From IMG/VR virus record IMGVR_UViG_3300043473_000054: a stretch of 64,000 bases of DNA; one strand, 5' to 3'. Origin of the DNA: an uncultured virus (IMG/VR IMGVR_UViG_3300043473_000054). Taxonomy: Duplodnaviria; Heunggongvirae; Uroviricota; Caudoviricetes. The position numbers were made by a program, and so were the translations under genes. This document shows positions 11,101 through 18,984 of the stretch, one piece after another (within the stretch, counting starts at the first letter, position 1; every line of letters starts with the position of its first letter). A model generated the notes under the pieces. It saw nothing but the letters and a program-made list of their open reading frames with translations, had not been told where the DNA came from and did not search any database.

Positions 11101-11748
11101 GAGTGTGTGCTGGGCGCATGGCAATTCAGCAATATAACATTGAACACTGCGGGAGCATTCACTGCCGGCGGCGTTGCCCCGGTGGATCTAGCCAAGGACC
11201 AGTTGCATTTCATGTTCACCGACACCGTATTCGACATGCGGGATACGGGGAATAATTCCTGGTCCAACATGGATCTGACCCTGTATTGCGGAAAATTCCG
11301 TGGCTGCAGGATCAGGACGCCAAGAGTCAGTACCGGCATCACGAATATGGGTCCGGGGTATGAGCAATTGGTGAGTGAGCAGGGCGATGTCGTTACGGTC
11401 CCGACAACGGCCGGCAACACCTGGATCGACATCCAGACCAATCTTTTCTGGGTGCCCAAGCCGGGGGGTATCCGGCTCTATCCTGTCGATGCAGCGGCAG
11501 CGGTAATCTGGAATACAAACATGCCGTCTGTGGAATGGCGGAAGAGCGCGCGCCCCGTAGGTGCGGCAATTACAGTGGGCACTGGTGCGGGCGGCACGTC
11601 TGTCGCGCTCGGCGGCGGCGGAGCTTATTATCAAGGCCCGGTAGCCGCCAATGAGGACCGCCGAGCCCCAGTGCTGCGATTGAATTTCGCCTCGGCATTG
11701 GCGGGGGGGTCGATACAGATCGGCTGGGCGGCGGCGGTATCGTCATGA
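8167..11748 (+). CDS. Tail fibre/tailspike receptor-binding protein
   Basis: AAAGGAG RBS; N-terminal IAEGM..VNN.MR anchor; beta-rich; homolog at 50117..53647. Confidence 0.75.
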   Translation: MSGVRDYSTTAASNLSVGGISIAEGMARASVNNSMREQLKDIANLLLDQGGSIATTGTGTAYVLSLPSTPSAYDDNMAFLAKIHTAVTGAATININGLGVKPFKKLVNGAAVDFAIGDIPAGHRASCIYSSADSAVLMLNAAVTFGVQFVDSIDDMRALPSPSPGTVIFVGPNAEQFVVVDDPALATDGGTVFIPNSELSAVFSEAIPTTYFLGATGSNCTMEYDLAHTGIDFESVELVVSDPNVLFPTGEVINIWHLHGHVYNPGFVERADPTSAGYSPQLPNIDTGRGKFRDSMGIWTHDYGGAHPPLRTGGALLRYKYAVSGLRFKRVINGSVFQLRWWPVISVDEETPGVQTDNSGKICWCANAAALANAEAVLIDKMYHYNRVVEWPNGVEMRGYGPGVSGFRVVDNGQYKEILRTTSSDGGASDWATVGQTTDPLLKPSTRQWTYDSFFYSQATAFLPATGSVRTRVSGIEWDGNVENNMEIFTQRENKYAWKWANSSSQLFNTVSSSPMTMSNAGNRIIPPGHIWEIHNVKMHGYGHLILGNHNSTAIGTGTLELGNCTVNHWMYLVDGVFETIRCFGYVMGDALRCRLMVAKTIEIRAAPHPEAIFALSSLPVGEQTYVVRAQQYINLNEGAQTDDESHGAVYPSLTKTRLDIGDLFIDLTGLDDWPTAYAYEGSILCWIGADNVHIKAGKIRTGSKQPTQQTFMNTNTGSQSFGPFRNQVYENILIQYGNRAGFSLQSAGVSGDNGVSQLTYRNITVEPMAATHMTNDPSPSGIVIPLGSWRFAEYVPPEPTPPAYSIYDGRIFEFSATTAATLSGDWIDITPPDDGAPTYRVWFSYNGSPATVAGSNLVPVALVTADTPATTAAKFSAAIAGTNPVPGVMAAYVTAATFNTQSVVGSWSSYRGGTKNGFIATNITNATGVTTVLRSYRRNFNPAYISFERYIAPDPISIFLMTIVEVGPNKDITFSFKECVLGAWQFSNITLNTAGAFTAGGVAPVDLAKDQLHFMFTDTVFDMRDTGNNSWSNMDLTLYCGKFRGCRIRTPRVSTGITNMGPGYEQLVSEQGDVVTVPTTAGNTWIDIQTNLFWVPKPGGIRLYPVDAAAAVIWNTNMPSVEWRKSARPVGAAITVGTGAGGTSVALGGGGAYYQGPVAANEDRRAPVLRLNFASALAGGSIQIGWAAAVSS

Positions 11749-12041
11749 GCATCCTAACTCGTTTTCACCCCAGCGACGACGGGAAGACGTTCACGATCCA
11801 GCGCCACGATCCTGATGTGTCGCCGACGCTTGAGTGGAACAAGAAGCTGCAGAACGAGCCGCAGAAGTCCGAGAGCTTCCACCACATCGCCAGCGTCCCG
11901 CCGATCGTCATTGAGAAGTGGATGCAGGAAAGCGGTGCGCCCCTTCTTTCTATGCCCGCGCATGAATTCAGTGCGTTCATCCGAAAGAAGCTGCGCGATC
12001 CTCAATGGCAGTTTCTGAAAACCACGGACAAGAGAATTTGA
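11745..12041 (+). CDS. Conserved small phage protein
   Basis: Homolog at 53644..53931. Confidence 0.8.
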   Translation: MSILTRFHPSDDGKTFTIQRHDPDVSPTLEWNKKLQNEPQKSESFHHIASVPPIVIEKWMQESGAPLLSMPAHEFSAFIRKKLRDPQWQFLKTTDKRI

Positions 12042-12042
12042 A

Positions 12043-12426
12043 ATGCCGCATCGCATTCGCCCTGTCGAGGACAGGTTTCGTGGCAAGGTAATCGTCGATG
12101 AAAAGACGGGGTGCCACAATTGGCAAGGAACGCTTTCAGGCGGCTATGGCAGATTGGGTGTCGGTAGTCGCTCTGACGGATCGCGTGTAACTGCTAAAGC
12201 TTCGCGGCTCGCGTACGAAATGGCCAATGGTCCAGTACCTGATGGCCTTCATGTCCTTCATAGGTGCGATAATACTCGCTGTGTAAATCCGCAGCATCTT
12301 TATGCCGGAACACGATCTCAGAATATGAAAGATGCGTGGGCGGGCGGGCGGCAGAGAAAGATTACCATACGCGATGTGGCCACTGGCCGCTTTGCTGGAG
12401 GTTCTGAATGGCGCTCACCAATCTAG
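12043..12426 (+). CDS. Free-standing HNH homing endonuclease
   Basis: VLHRCDNTRCVNPQHL..N motif; absent from unit Y. Confidence 0.9.
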   Translation: MPHRIRPVEDRFRGKVIVDEKTGCHNWQGTLSGGYGRLGVGSRSDGSRVTAKASRLAYEMANGPVPDGLHVLHRCDNTRCVNPQHLYAGTRSQNMKDAWAGGRQRKITIRDVATGRFAGGSEWRSPI

Positions 12427-13016
12427 CGGGCCTTCGCGCGGCTGCACTGGCGTGGATCGAGCGGACTGGCGACCCGGCCGCCGAGACCATCGTCGATGAC
12501 TGCGTGACGCTGTGCGAAAGCCGCATCAACAAGACACCGGATTTCCGCATATCGCACATGGAGACGAGCGCAACGATAACCCTTGAGGACGGCTCGGCCT
12601 ATCTCCCTAGCGACTTCCTGGCGATGAAGCGGGTCGTGGCTGCCACCAGCACGCCTTACGTGCTGGACTATGCCGAGCCCGGCACTTATGGCCCTACCGC
12701 CTCTGCTCCGTGGGAGGGGCAGTTTTACACTATCGTCGGGCTGAAAATACGGGCGAGGACGAGTTCCACCCTCACCATTCTCTATTACGCCAGGGTGCCG
12801 GCGCTGACCGGGACAGACAATACCAATTGGCTGCTGTCCAAAGCCCCGGACATTTACCTCTACGGCACCATTCTGGAGATGCTGGTGGCACTGGAGGGAG
12901 AGCAACAGGACAAGTATGCGGGGCTGTTCAGCGCGGCGCTGGAGAGCCTGATCCAGTCTGAGACATACTCGCGGGGCGGCGCGCTGCGTCAGCACGCCTC
13001 GATGCCGGCGCCGTGA
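12408..13016 (+). CDS. Head-tail adaptor protein
   Basis: LPxDFL and TNWLL..PDIYLYG motifs; homolog at 53933..54541. Confidence 0.75.
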   Translation: MALTNLAGLRAAALAWIERTGDPAAETIVDDCVTLCESRINKTPDFRISHMETSATITLEDGSAYLPSDFLAMKRVVAATSTPYVLDYAEPGTYGPTASAPWEGQFYTIVGLKIRARTSSTLTILYYARVPALTGTDNTNWLLSKAPDIYLYGTILEMLVALEGEQQDKYAGLFSAALESLIQSETYSRGGALRQHASMPAP

Positions 13017-13020
13017 CCCA

Positions 13021-14475
13021 ATGGCGGGGATCTTCGGCGACGGCCAGCGCGGCGGGATATTCGGCGCGAAGGTAGACCCGCGACTGCTGCAGATGGCGCT
13101 GGAGCAGCGGGCGGAGGCGGAGCGGCAGAGGCAAGCTGCAGAACAAAGCACAATAGGCTCGCGGGCGCAGGACTGGTGGAATAAGTCTACCTTCTTCAAG
13201 CCGGCCTATGACGAGCTTGTCGGCGGCGCGACAGTGTTCGGTGATGTCATGTCAGGCGCGCAGCCGACCATGGCGGCCGATCCGCAGACGGGCGAGTTTC
13301 ATACCGATCCAAGGCTTGCTGACAGGGCAATGAATGCGGCGGGCATGCTGACGCTGGGAGCGGGAGCGGTTCCGGCAGAAGCTGATGCGCTGCGAGCAGG
13401 TCTGACATGGAAGCATCCGGTCAGCGTCAACAAACTGCGCCGACCGCTTGAGGAGATGACGGCGACCTACAAGCCGGGGTCGAAGCTGCTGCCGGAAAAG
13501 GAGTTCAATTTCGAGGAGGTGCCCGAGGGCAGTCATTTCGTGGCTCTGCTCGGCGACAGGACGATGGGCGGCAAGCGCCTGACCGGCGTCAACGACACGC
13601 CGTTTGAGAACCCGGTGGATCTGCAGGCGGGCTCCGATTTCCTGCGCCGGCAGCGCAATCCAGACGATGCTTTCTGGGCCTCGGACAAGGGGCCGACCAC
13701 AGGCTACCAGAACCTCATCCGCGGGCTGCAGGAGACTGGCGATCCGGTCTATGGGGTCACCGCGGCAATGGCATCGCGCAGCGGGGACTACTCGGCGCAG
13801 ACCACCAAGACGCTGCTTGAGATGATCAAGCAGCAGCCGCTGTCGAGGAAGGCGAAAAAGACCCTCGACGATGCCATGCGCGCCCCTTGGGGGAAGAAGA
13901 TCCCCGGCTATCCCGATTGGCCGGGCGTGGACAATGTCACCGACGAATATCTGCAGGGTGCCGGCAGCGCGCGCACCAAGTTCGCGCAGTTGCTGGACAG
14001 CGACAGGATGGCCAAGCTGGGCGGGCCGGATGTCGGCTCAGCGCGCAAGGCGGTCACGCACCCGGAACTGCTCGACGCGCCTTTGCTGGGGACAGGGCAT
14101 CGCATCGTCAAGGTGGGCGACGAGGCCGTGCGGCACATCACAGACCCGAAGGTGCCGCACTTCGACTATGCCTCGCAGCTCGCGGCCAAGGGGACCACGT
14201 TCGATGGTGGCGTCAAGCCGATCCCGGGCGTCAATTTCTGGGCGGACTGGGCAAAACGTCAGAAGCCGGGGCTCGATGCGGCCAAGCTACAGCGCTCCTT
14301 CCAGACGCAGGGAGTGACGCAGCGGAAGACGCAGGAATGGCTGGATAATTTGATGAAGTTCGTGGAGAGCGAGAAGGGTCAGAAGCTCGGTATAGCCGGC
14401 GCCATCGGAGCCGGACTGCTCACCGCCGACGAGGCGATGGAGATGTTTGGCACTGACGGGGCGGCCGAGGGATGA
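13021..14475 (+). CDS. Polymorphic late protein, allele X (unrecognised C-terminal domain)
   Basis: First 38 aa identical to 54546..56081; remainder largely unrelated. Confidence 0.75.
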   Translation: MAGIFGDGQRGGIFGAKVDPRLLQMALEQRAEAERQRQAAEQSTIGSRAQDWWNKSTFFKPAYDELVGGATVFGDVMSGAQPTMAADPQTGEFHTDPRLADRAMNAAGMLTLGAGAVPAEADALRAGLTWKHPVSVNKLRRPLEEMTATYKPGSKLLPEKEFNFEEVPEGSHFVALLGDRTMGGKRLTGVNDTPFENPVDLQAGSDFLRRQRNPDDAFWASDKGPTTGYQNLIRGLQETGDPVYGVTAAMASRSGDYSAQTTKTLLEMIKQQPLSRKAKKTLDDAMRAPWGKKIPGYPDWPGVDNVTDEYLQGAGSARTKFAQLLDSDRMAKLGGPDVGSARKAVTHPELLDAPLLGTGHRIVKVGDEAVRHITDPKVPHFDYASQLAAKGTTFDGGVKPIPGVNFWADWAKRQKPGLDAAKLQRSFQTQGVTQRKTQEWLDNLMKFVESEKGQKLGIAGAIGAGLLTADEAMEMFGTDGAAEG

Positions 14476-14632
14476 TACCGGCGGCCCAGATGCGCTCCAC
14501 CTCATCCTCCGTCCATTCGCGCTCCCAGCGCGGCGGGATACCGAGCGCAGCAGCGGTGTTGTCCATCTCGTAGAACATCACGTCCGCGAAGTCCTGATCG
14601 CGCTGCTCTCGCCTAGTGGGTCTTCTGTCCAT
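14420..14632 (-). CDS. Small antisense protein (70 aa), candidate partner/immunity protein
   Basis: TG-T-TAGGAT 7 nt before ATG; present only with allele X. Confidence 0.45.
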   Translation of the reverse strand: MDRRPTRREQRDQDFADVMFYEMDNTAAALGIPPRWEREWTEDEVERIWAAGIIPRPPRQCQTSPSPRRR

Positions 14633-14672
14633 GCCGCACATCCTAACACATAGTGGGGGATAAATACATGCG

Positions 14673-14846
14673 ATGGGCGGCCTCATTGCGCTGGCCATGA
14701 TGCTTTGGCTTCAGGAGCATTACCCGCCAGCCGTCCACCATCCGCAGGAGCAGGTCATCCCCTGCTGCCTGTCTCGCGGCTGCGCCCGTCATCATCAACT
14801 CTCAGGCAATCCCTGCGGCCAATCGTGGGATTGGGAAGTCAAATAG
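14673..14846 (+). CDS. 57-aa Cys/His-rich protein with hydrophobic N-terminus
   Basis: Conserved at 56089..56262 with mostly synonymous changes. Confidence 0.75.
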   Translation: MGGLIALAMMLWLQEHYPPAVHHPQEQVIPCCLSRGCARHHQLSGNPCGQSWDWEVK

Positions 14847-14856
14847 GAGGAAGTCT

Positions 14857-15138
14857 GTGGCTATCAACATGACGTTTTTCCCGACCGAGGCGACGGGCAC
14901 AGTGTGGTTCGAAGACGGCAGCTCGCAGAGCCTTGATCCGCAGCAGGAGAACTCGCTGCAGCTTCCTGACGGGGACATCTGCACCGTCGCATCGAATGCC
15001 GGCTCCGTGGAGGGCGACGAGCACATGTCGCCCGAGGAGCGGGCGGTGGTGTTTGCCGAGCGGATGATCGCCATGTGGGTGGCGATCGCGGACAAGGCGC
15101 GGGAGGCTGCGCTGGGGCCGACTGCCACGCCGCAATAG
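14857..15138 (+). CDS. Hypothetical protein
   Basis: AGGAGG RBS; homolog at 56704..56979. Confidence 0.75.
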   Translation: MAINMTFFPTEATGTVWFEDGSSQSLDPQQENSLQLPDGDICTVASNAGSVEGDEHMSPEERAVVFAERMIAMWVAIADKAREAALGPTATPQ

Positions 15139-15140
15139 TG

Positions 15141-15171
15141 CGCCCGGCGCCCCGTAGAGAGGGGCGGGGGT
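15141..15171. terminator. GC-rich hairpin between convergent genes
   Basis: GCCCC/GGGGC stem; similar sequence at ~56983-57011. Confidence 0.4.
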
Positions 15172-15182
15172 AGGTCGGAGCG

Positions 15183-15599
15183 TCAGGCGCTGTCGGCAGA
15201 TGGCGACGGGCTGGCGGGCTTCAAGGCGCGCTTCCTCCACCTCATGTTGCGAATGTCCAAGACATATTGGGCGCTCACGCCATAGAGGCGTCCTGTTTTC
15301 GACGCATCCAATCGGCCATTGCGAATTGCGATGACCTGATCGTCAGTGAGTTTTGCGTTGCCATTACGTAGCCCAATAGGCTGCGGTGTCTTGCGTGAAT
15401 GGCATAGGACGCAAAGCCATCTGACCGCTAAGGGGTGGTTGTAGCCAAGGTAATGATGTCCTTGGATCAAACTGCGGCCATCTTTCCCCCTGCGTGGAAG
15501 CTGTCCGCATTCATCGCAAAGGTCTGGCTTAGCTAGGTCGCCCCGTTCAATAGCCGTCCTAACTTTCCGGTATGCTTGGTTTTTCTCGCGAGATGGCAT
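15183..15599 (-). CDS. HNH-like endonuclease with C-terminal DNA-binding motif
   Basis: CxxC..HH..Y..PL.VRWLCxxCH and GxRNGNAKLT motifs. Confidence 0.7.
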   Translation of the reverse strand: MPSREKNQAYRKVRTAIERGDLAKPDLCDECGQLPRRGKDGRSLIQGHHYLGYNHPLAVRWLCVLCHSRKTPQPIGLRNGNAKLTDDQVIAIRNGRLDASKTGRLYGVSAQYVLDIRNMRWRKRALKPASPSPSADSA

Positions 15600-15895
15600 C
15601 AGGATTTATCCCTTAAAGCGCGAATTGCGGCGATCACGCTTCTGGTCGCAAGAATGTTGCCGTGCTCGTCTAAGCAAGAGCACTGCCTAACAGCTTGCTC
15701 AGCCTCCTCCAGTGTGGCGTTACGGATGGCGGCGACGTGGATTGTGGCTCGGCTCCTGACGTAAGCGTCTTCGATCATCGGCGTGACGGCAGCGAGCATG
15801 GCGGTTGCGAGTCGCCCCGCTTCATCCATTTCAAAGAACATGTATGACTCGTCGCGCAGCGCCCGCGCCGCAGCTTCGATGATGGGATCGCTCAT
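15599..15895 (-). CDS. MSDP-family small protein, paralog 3
   Basis: MSDPIIEAAARAL..LEEA..AAIRAL. Confidence 0.75.
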   Translation of the reverse strand: MSDPIIEAAARALRDESYMFFEMDEAGRLATAMLAAVTPMIEDAYVRSRATIHVAAIRNATLEEAEQAVRQCSCLDEHGNILATRSVIAAIRALRDKS

Positions 15896-16145
15896 GGCTG
15901 CTCCTTGAGGGCGCGAATGGCGGCGGCGATCTCTTCTACTGTCCAGCGGTAGCTGTGGCTATCGTGGCCATCTTCGTCCGGTTCAAATGCTCTCGCCGCC
16001 TCCTCCAGCGCGGCGGCGCGGATCAGCGGCGCGACGGCAGTGAGGACGGCAATAGCAAGCACTCGCGCGTCGTCAGCGTAGGTCATCCGGATTTTCAGCG
16101 CCCGCGCCGCAGCTTCGATGATGGGATCGCTCATGGCTGCTCCTT
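15857..16145. repeat. 50-bp direct repeat (15857-15906 and 16096-16145) spanning RBS/stop/start junctions
   Basis: cagcgcccgcgccgcagcttcgatgatgggatcgctcatggctgctcctt twice. Confidence 0.9.
15892..16134 (-). CDS. MSDP-family small protein, paralog 2
   Basis: Same motifs; ATGA coupling. Confidence 0.75.
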   Translation of the reverse strand: MSDPIIEAAARALKIRMTYADDARVLAIAVLTAVAPLIRAAALEEAARAFEPDEDGHDSHSYRWTVEEIAAAIRALKEQP

Positions 16146-16421
16146 CGGGGGAATAATAAGCGCGCGAATATCTTGTGCGATAACCGCCCACTCTTCGTCA
16201 TCGACGCCTCCTAAACCCTCCACCATCTGAGCAGCCCGCTCCAGCGCGGCGGCTTCGATCAGCGGGAGGGCAGCAAGGGCAGCGTCGGCCCGCAGAAGAG
16301 CTTGCTTAGCGAACGGAGACTGATCTCCCACTGCGACCACAAAGGCTTGCCGGAACTCCTCCATTGCCCGCGTCGCAGCTTCGATGATGTCGGGGTTGCG
16401 TATCAGAGCGGGGTCACTCAT
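16131..16421 (-). CDS. MSDP-family small protein, paralog 1
   Basis: Same motifs; single homolog at 57025..57303. Confidence 0.75.
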   Translation of the reverse strand: MSDPALIRNPDIIEAATRAMEEFRQAFVVAVGDQSPFAKQALLRADAALAALPLIEAAALERAAQMVEGLGGVDDEEWAVIAQDIRALIIPPKEQP

Positions 16422-16557
16422 ACGAAAAACCTCTGTTTACGTAGAGCCCTGTGGAGTACCCATTCCACCAACCGTGCCTGAACCGTGAACAAACATCCGA
16501 AAACGGCATAATGTGTCCCGGAGAAAGCCCGCAATTCCGCCTGTTCCAGCTAGCATC

Positions 16558-16608
16558 CTACGTTGACATCGTAGGGGTTCACAGGTTCGAATCCTGTCGC
16601 GCCCACCA
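16558..16608 (+). other. att site: 3' half of tRNA-Val(GAC)
   Basis: CTACG-TTGACAT-CGTAG anticodon arm, ACAGG-TTCGAAT-CCTGT T arm, CGCGCCC-ACCA; 28 bp from integrase stop; no 5' half. Confidence 0.9.
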
Positions 16609-16635
16609 TCTTTTCAAGGAGTTAGGAGACCATCT

Positions 16636-17658
16636 TCATATTTTACTGCGGTCGCGGCGAACCTGCGGGGCCAGATCATCGAACTCCAGCGCACTCGCAG
16701 CGCGTCTCAGGTGATCAGGTTGGAAACGGGCATATGCCTGGAACGTGACCCGCTCATTCGAGTGTCCGAGGTATTGGCTGATCTCGCTTATGGACACGCC
16801 ATCTTCCGCCATATGGATCGCAGCAGATCTTCGGAGATCATGCGGCGATACGTGCTCCAGCCCAGCACGCTGCGCGGCGACTCTCAGGCCGCGCTTGACG
16901 CTCTTCACCGGCCTCCCGGCCCATTCTATCACCCAGTCCGTCAGAGCGCCCTGGCGGGCCTCCTGAAGGGCAGCGCGAGCGGTCCGCAGCATGGGGACTA
17001 TGGCGCGGCCTTTGTGGGGGGCGGATAGCGTAGGGTCGCGAAGATCAATTCGCCCTGTCTCGAAATCACAGCGGTCCCATGTAAGTCCAAGCAATGCAGC
17101 ATTTCGGGCGGCAGTCGTATAGGCGAGGATTCCGTAGAGCCGGATATGCGGTAAGTGTGCGTTATCGAATAGCGCACGGACCTGCTCTCGGGTGAGGTGT
17201 CGCTCTCGGGGCCTTGGCTTGGGCGGTCTTTTGATGTGCGGGGCACGGTCGATCAGCCCTTGCTTCTCGGCCCAGACGAGCACCATCCGGAGGTGTCCGA
17301 GTTCGGTATGGATTGTGCCGGGCTTAATACCGTCACGGAGACGTGCGTCAATGTGGGCACGGCAGTCGGCAACCGTAACAGAATGAGCCTCCATCGGCCC
17401 AAAGCGATCTCGTAGAGCCTTCCAAGTGTATCGCATCGTCCCTGTAACGGCGCGACCTTCCTTATCCTGAACATATGCGCTCCACAGTTCCTCGACCGTC
17501 GTTCCCTTCGGCCGCGTCAGCTCGGCGTAGAGCGCTGGCGCAAGCCGTTCAGCCTCGCTCGCGCTAGTGGTTCCAAGCGAGTAACGGTGCCGCTTTCCGT
17601 CTCGCCACCAGGTGAGGCAGAGCCGTCCGTTGAGCCGTCCGATGCGGTATTCCGGCAT
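16636..17658 (-). CDS. int: Tyrosine integrase
   Basis: R..HDLRR..LGH..Y catalytic motifs; start at MPEYRIG by comparison with 58423..59442. Confidence 0.95.
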   Translation of the reverse strand: MPEYRIGRLNGRLCLTWWRDGKRHRYSLGTTSASEAERLAPALYAELTRPKGTTVEELWSAYVQDKEGRAVTGTMRYTWKALRDRFGPMEAHSVTVADCRAHIDARLRDGIKPGTIHTELGHLRMVLVWAEKQGLIDRAPHIKRPPKPRPRERHLTREQVRALFDNAHLPHIRLYGILAYTTAARNAALLGLTWDRCDFETGRIDLRDPTLSAPHKGRAIVPMLRTARAALQEARQGALTDWVIEWAGRPVKSVKRGLRVAAQRAGLEHVSPHDLRRSAAIHMAEDGVSISEISQYLGHSNERVTFQAYARFQPDHLRRAASALEFDDLAPQVRRDRSKI

Positions 17659-17828
17659 GCGATGAACTCCTCCACGGCGTCTGACGGTATGCGGAGCAGC
17701 TTGCCGCCAAGCCGGAAGGCGCGCAACTGGCCTGCCGCGACGAGGTTGCGGATGTGCCGCTCCGAGCACATCCACTCGCGCGCCAAAGCGGCTGGCGTGT
17801 AGACTGAGCGGCTCGGAGCGGCGGCCAT
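17517..17828 (-). CDS. xis: Excisionase-type HTH protein
   Basis: YTPAALAREW..HIRNLV..G.L.AFRLG motif; overlaps int start. Confidence 0.8.
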   Translation of the reverse strand: MAAAPSRSVYTPAALAREWMCSERHIRNLVAAGQLRAFRLGGKLLRIPSDAVEEFIACRNTASDGSTDGSASPGGETESGTVTRLEPLARARLNGLRQRSTPS

Positions 17829-17830
17829 TG

Positions 17831-17992
17831 TCAGTTACAGTAAGTCTGATTGCCGAGTTGCTGGCATGTGATGCGATTGCCCTGACTGTCGGAGCAGTAG
17901 GTAAATTGCCCGATCTGCTGACAGGAGACCCCGGCCCACGCATTGCTCGCCAACAGGCAGGCAATCGCTGCACTCAAAAACACTCTACGCAT
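17831..17992 (-). CDS. Small secreted Cys-repeat protein
   Basis: Signal peptide plus two CQQxGxxTYC repeats. Confidence 0.65.
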   Translation of the reverse strand: MRRVFLSAAIACLLASNAWAGVSCQQIGQFTYCSDSQGNRITCQQLGNQTYCN

Positions 17993-18028
17993 TTTCACTT
18001 TCCTTCTCTCTTTCACTTCGCCGCAATC

Positions 18029-18589
18029 TCAGTCGCTCCCGCTCTTGTTCGGGTCGACGTCTTGTTTAGAAAAGCGCTCCAACTGCTCCTTCAGCATCGT
18101 CACGACGTCGGCGCGGTTGGTGTTCGAGATGTAGTTGACGAGTCCCTCGCAGCCCTTGAGCGGGAACGCCAGCAACACGAAGCCGACCATCCGCTCGTCC
18201 TTCAGGCCGGGGTTGAAGAGAGTGTCGAGATCTGCCGCGAGATCGTTCATCAGCTCGCGGAACTTCGGATCGATTGGCGCATCGCCGAGGCGTTCCTCGT
18301 GGGTCGCACTGGGCATTTTTATGTCCTCCTCTCGAACCCTCGTCCCCGCAGCGGGCGGCGGCTCCGGCGCATCCGGGATCGGCATCCAGAATTTTGGCAC
18401 ACTTTCGGCGATGGCGCTGTCTTGCATCTCGCGCCACGCAAAGCGCCCAAACGGTCCTGCCGGAGCTGGGCTATCGACCCAGCGCACAACGGTCGGCTCA
18501 CGCCCGTTCGCAAATTCGCAGAGCACCAGGATGCGCGTGCCGTCCTTCGGCGCTGTCGCGATGGGCCGCCACGGGCTCACCTCGGTCAT
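18029..18589 (-). CDS. DUF551-like (WRPIATAPKDG) domain in frame with a second domain
   Basis: Both halves occur in separate genes in unit Z. Confidence 0.65.
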   Translation of the reverse strand: MTEVSPWRPIATAPKDGTRILVLCEFANGREPTVVRWVDSPAPAGPFGRFAWREMQDSAIAESVPKFWMPIPDAPEPPPAAGTRVREEDIKMPSATHEERLGDAPIDPKFRELMNDLAADLDTLFNPGLKDERMVGFVLLAFPLKGCEGLVNYISNTNRADVVTMLKEQLERFSKQDVDPNKSGSD

Positions 18590-18984
18590 GCGGCGGCTTC
18601 CTTTGGGTCATTGAACTGAACATGATGTTTTGCGCCCCAAGCCTCGATGAGGGCGAGCAGGTCGGAAAACTCTTCCTTCGAGAGATCGCTCGAACTGCGG
18701 CCGAGGTTGACGAAGCCATCGCCGTCCAGGTTCGGCACAATCCGCAATTCCTTCTTCAAGGCGTCCAAGAAGATTAGCTTATAGTCGGCGGCTGAGAGCT
18801 TCACGCCGTGCCACGGCACTTGCGCAGCGACTTCCGTCAGCATTGCCCAGAGACGATCGTTAGCGGGCAGGGACCGCTTGGTAGCCTTGAACTCCACCCG
18901 GGTGCCTGGCGGTGCCTTGGAGGCCCACCGCGCCACCTTCTCGCGATCGGCAGCGTTCCACAGCACGACAAGCGCGCGGCTCAT
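18586..18984 (-). CDS. ninB: NinB-family recombination protein
   Basis: KRSLPANDRLWAML..SSSDLSKEEFSDL motif. Confidence 0.8.
   Translation of the reverse strand: MSRALVVLWNAADREKVARWASKAPPGTRVEFKATKRSLPANDRLWAMLTEVAAQVPWHGVKLSAADYKLIFLDALKKELRIVPNLDGDGFVNLGRSSSDLSKEEFSDLLALIEAWGAKHHVQFNDPKEAAA

Larger units (their letters stand above)
1..16574. mobile_element. Prophage unit X (partial; late/tail genes to att core)
   Basis: Colinear with 41513-57456 (position 1 = 41513); ends at the tRNA-Val att core. Confidence 0.75.

Noticed and set aside
8167..11748. Diversity-generating retroelement or invertible tail-fibre system
   Set aside because: No reverse transcriptase, invertase or adenine-specific repeat pair seen; the two fibres are diverged along their length
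16558..16608. Complete tRNA gene
   Set aside because: No 5' acceptor strand or D arm upstream; it is an att fragment
17659..17973. 105-aa N-terminal extension of the integrase in the ORF track
   Set aside because: Absent from the unit Z integrase and overlaps xis and the secreted-peptide gene
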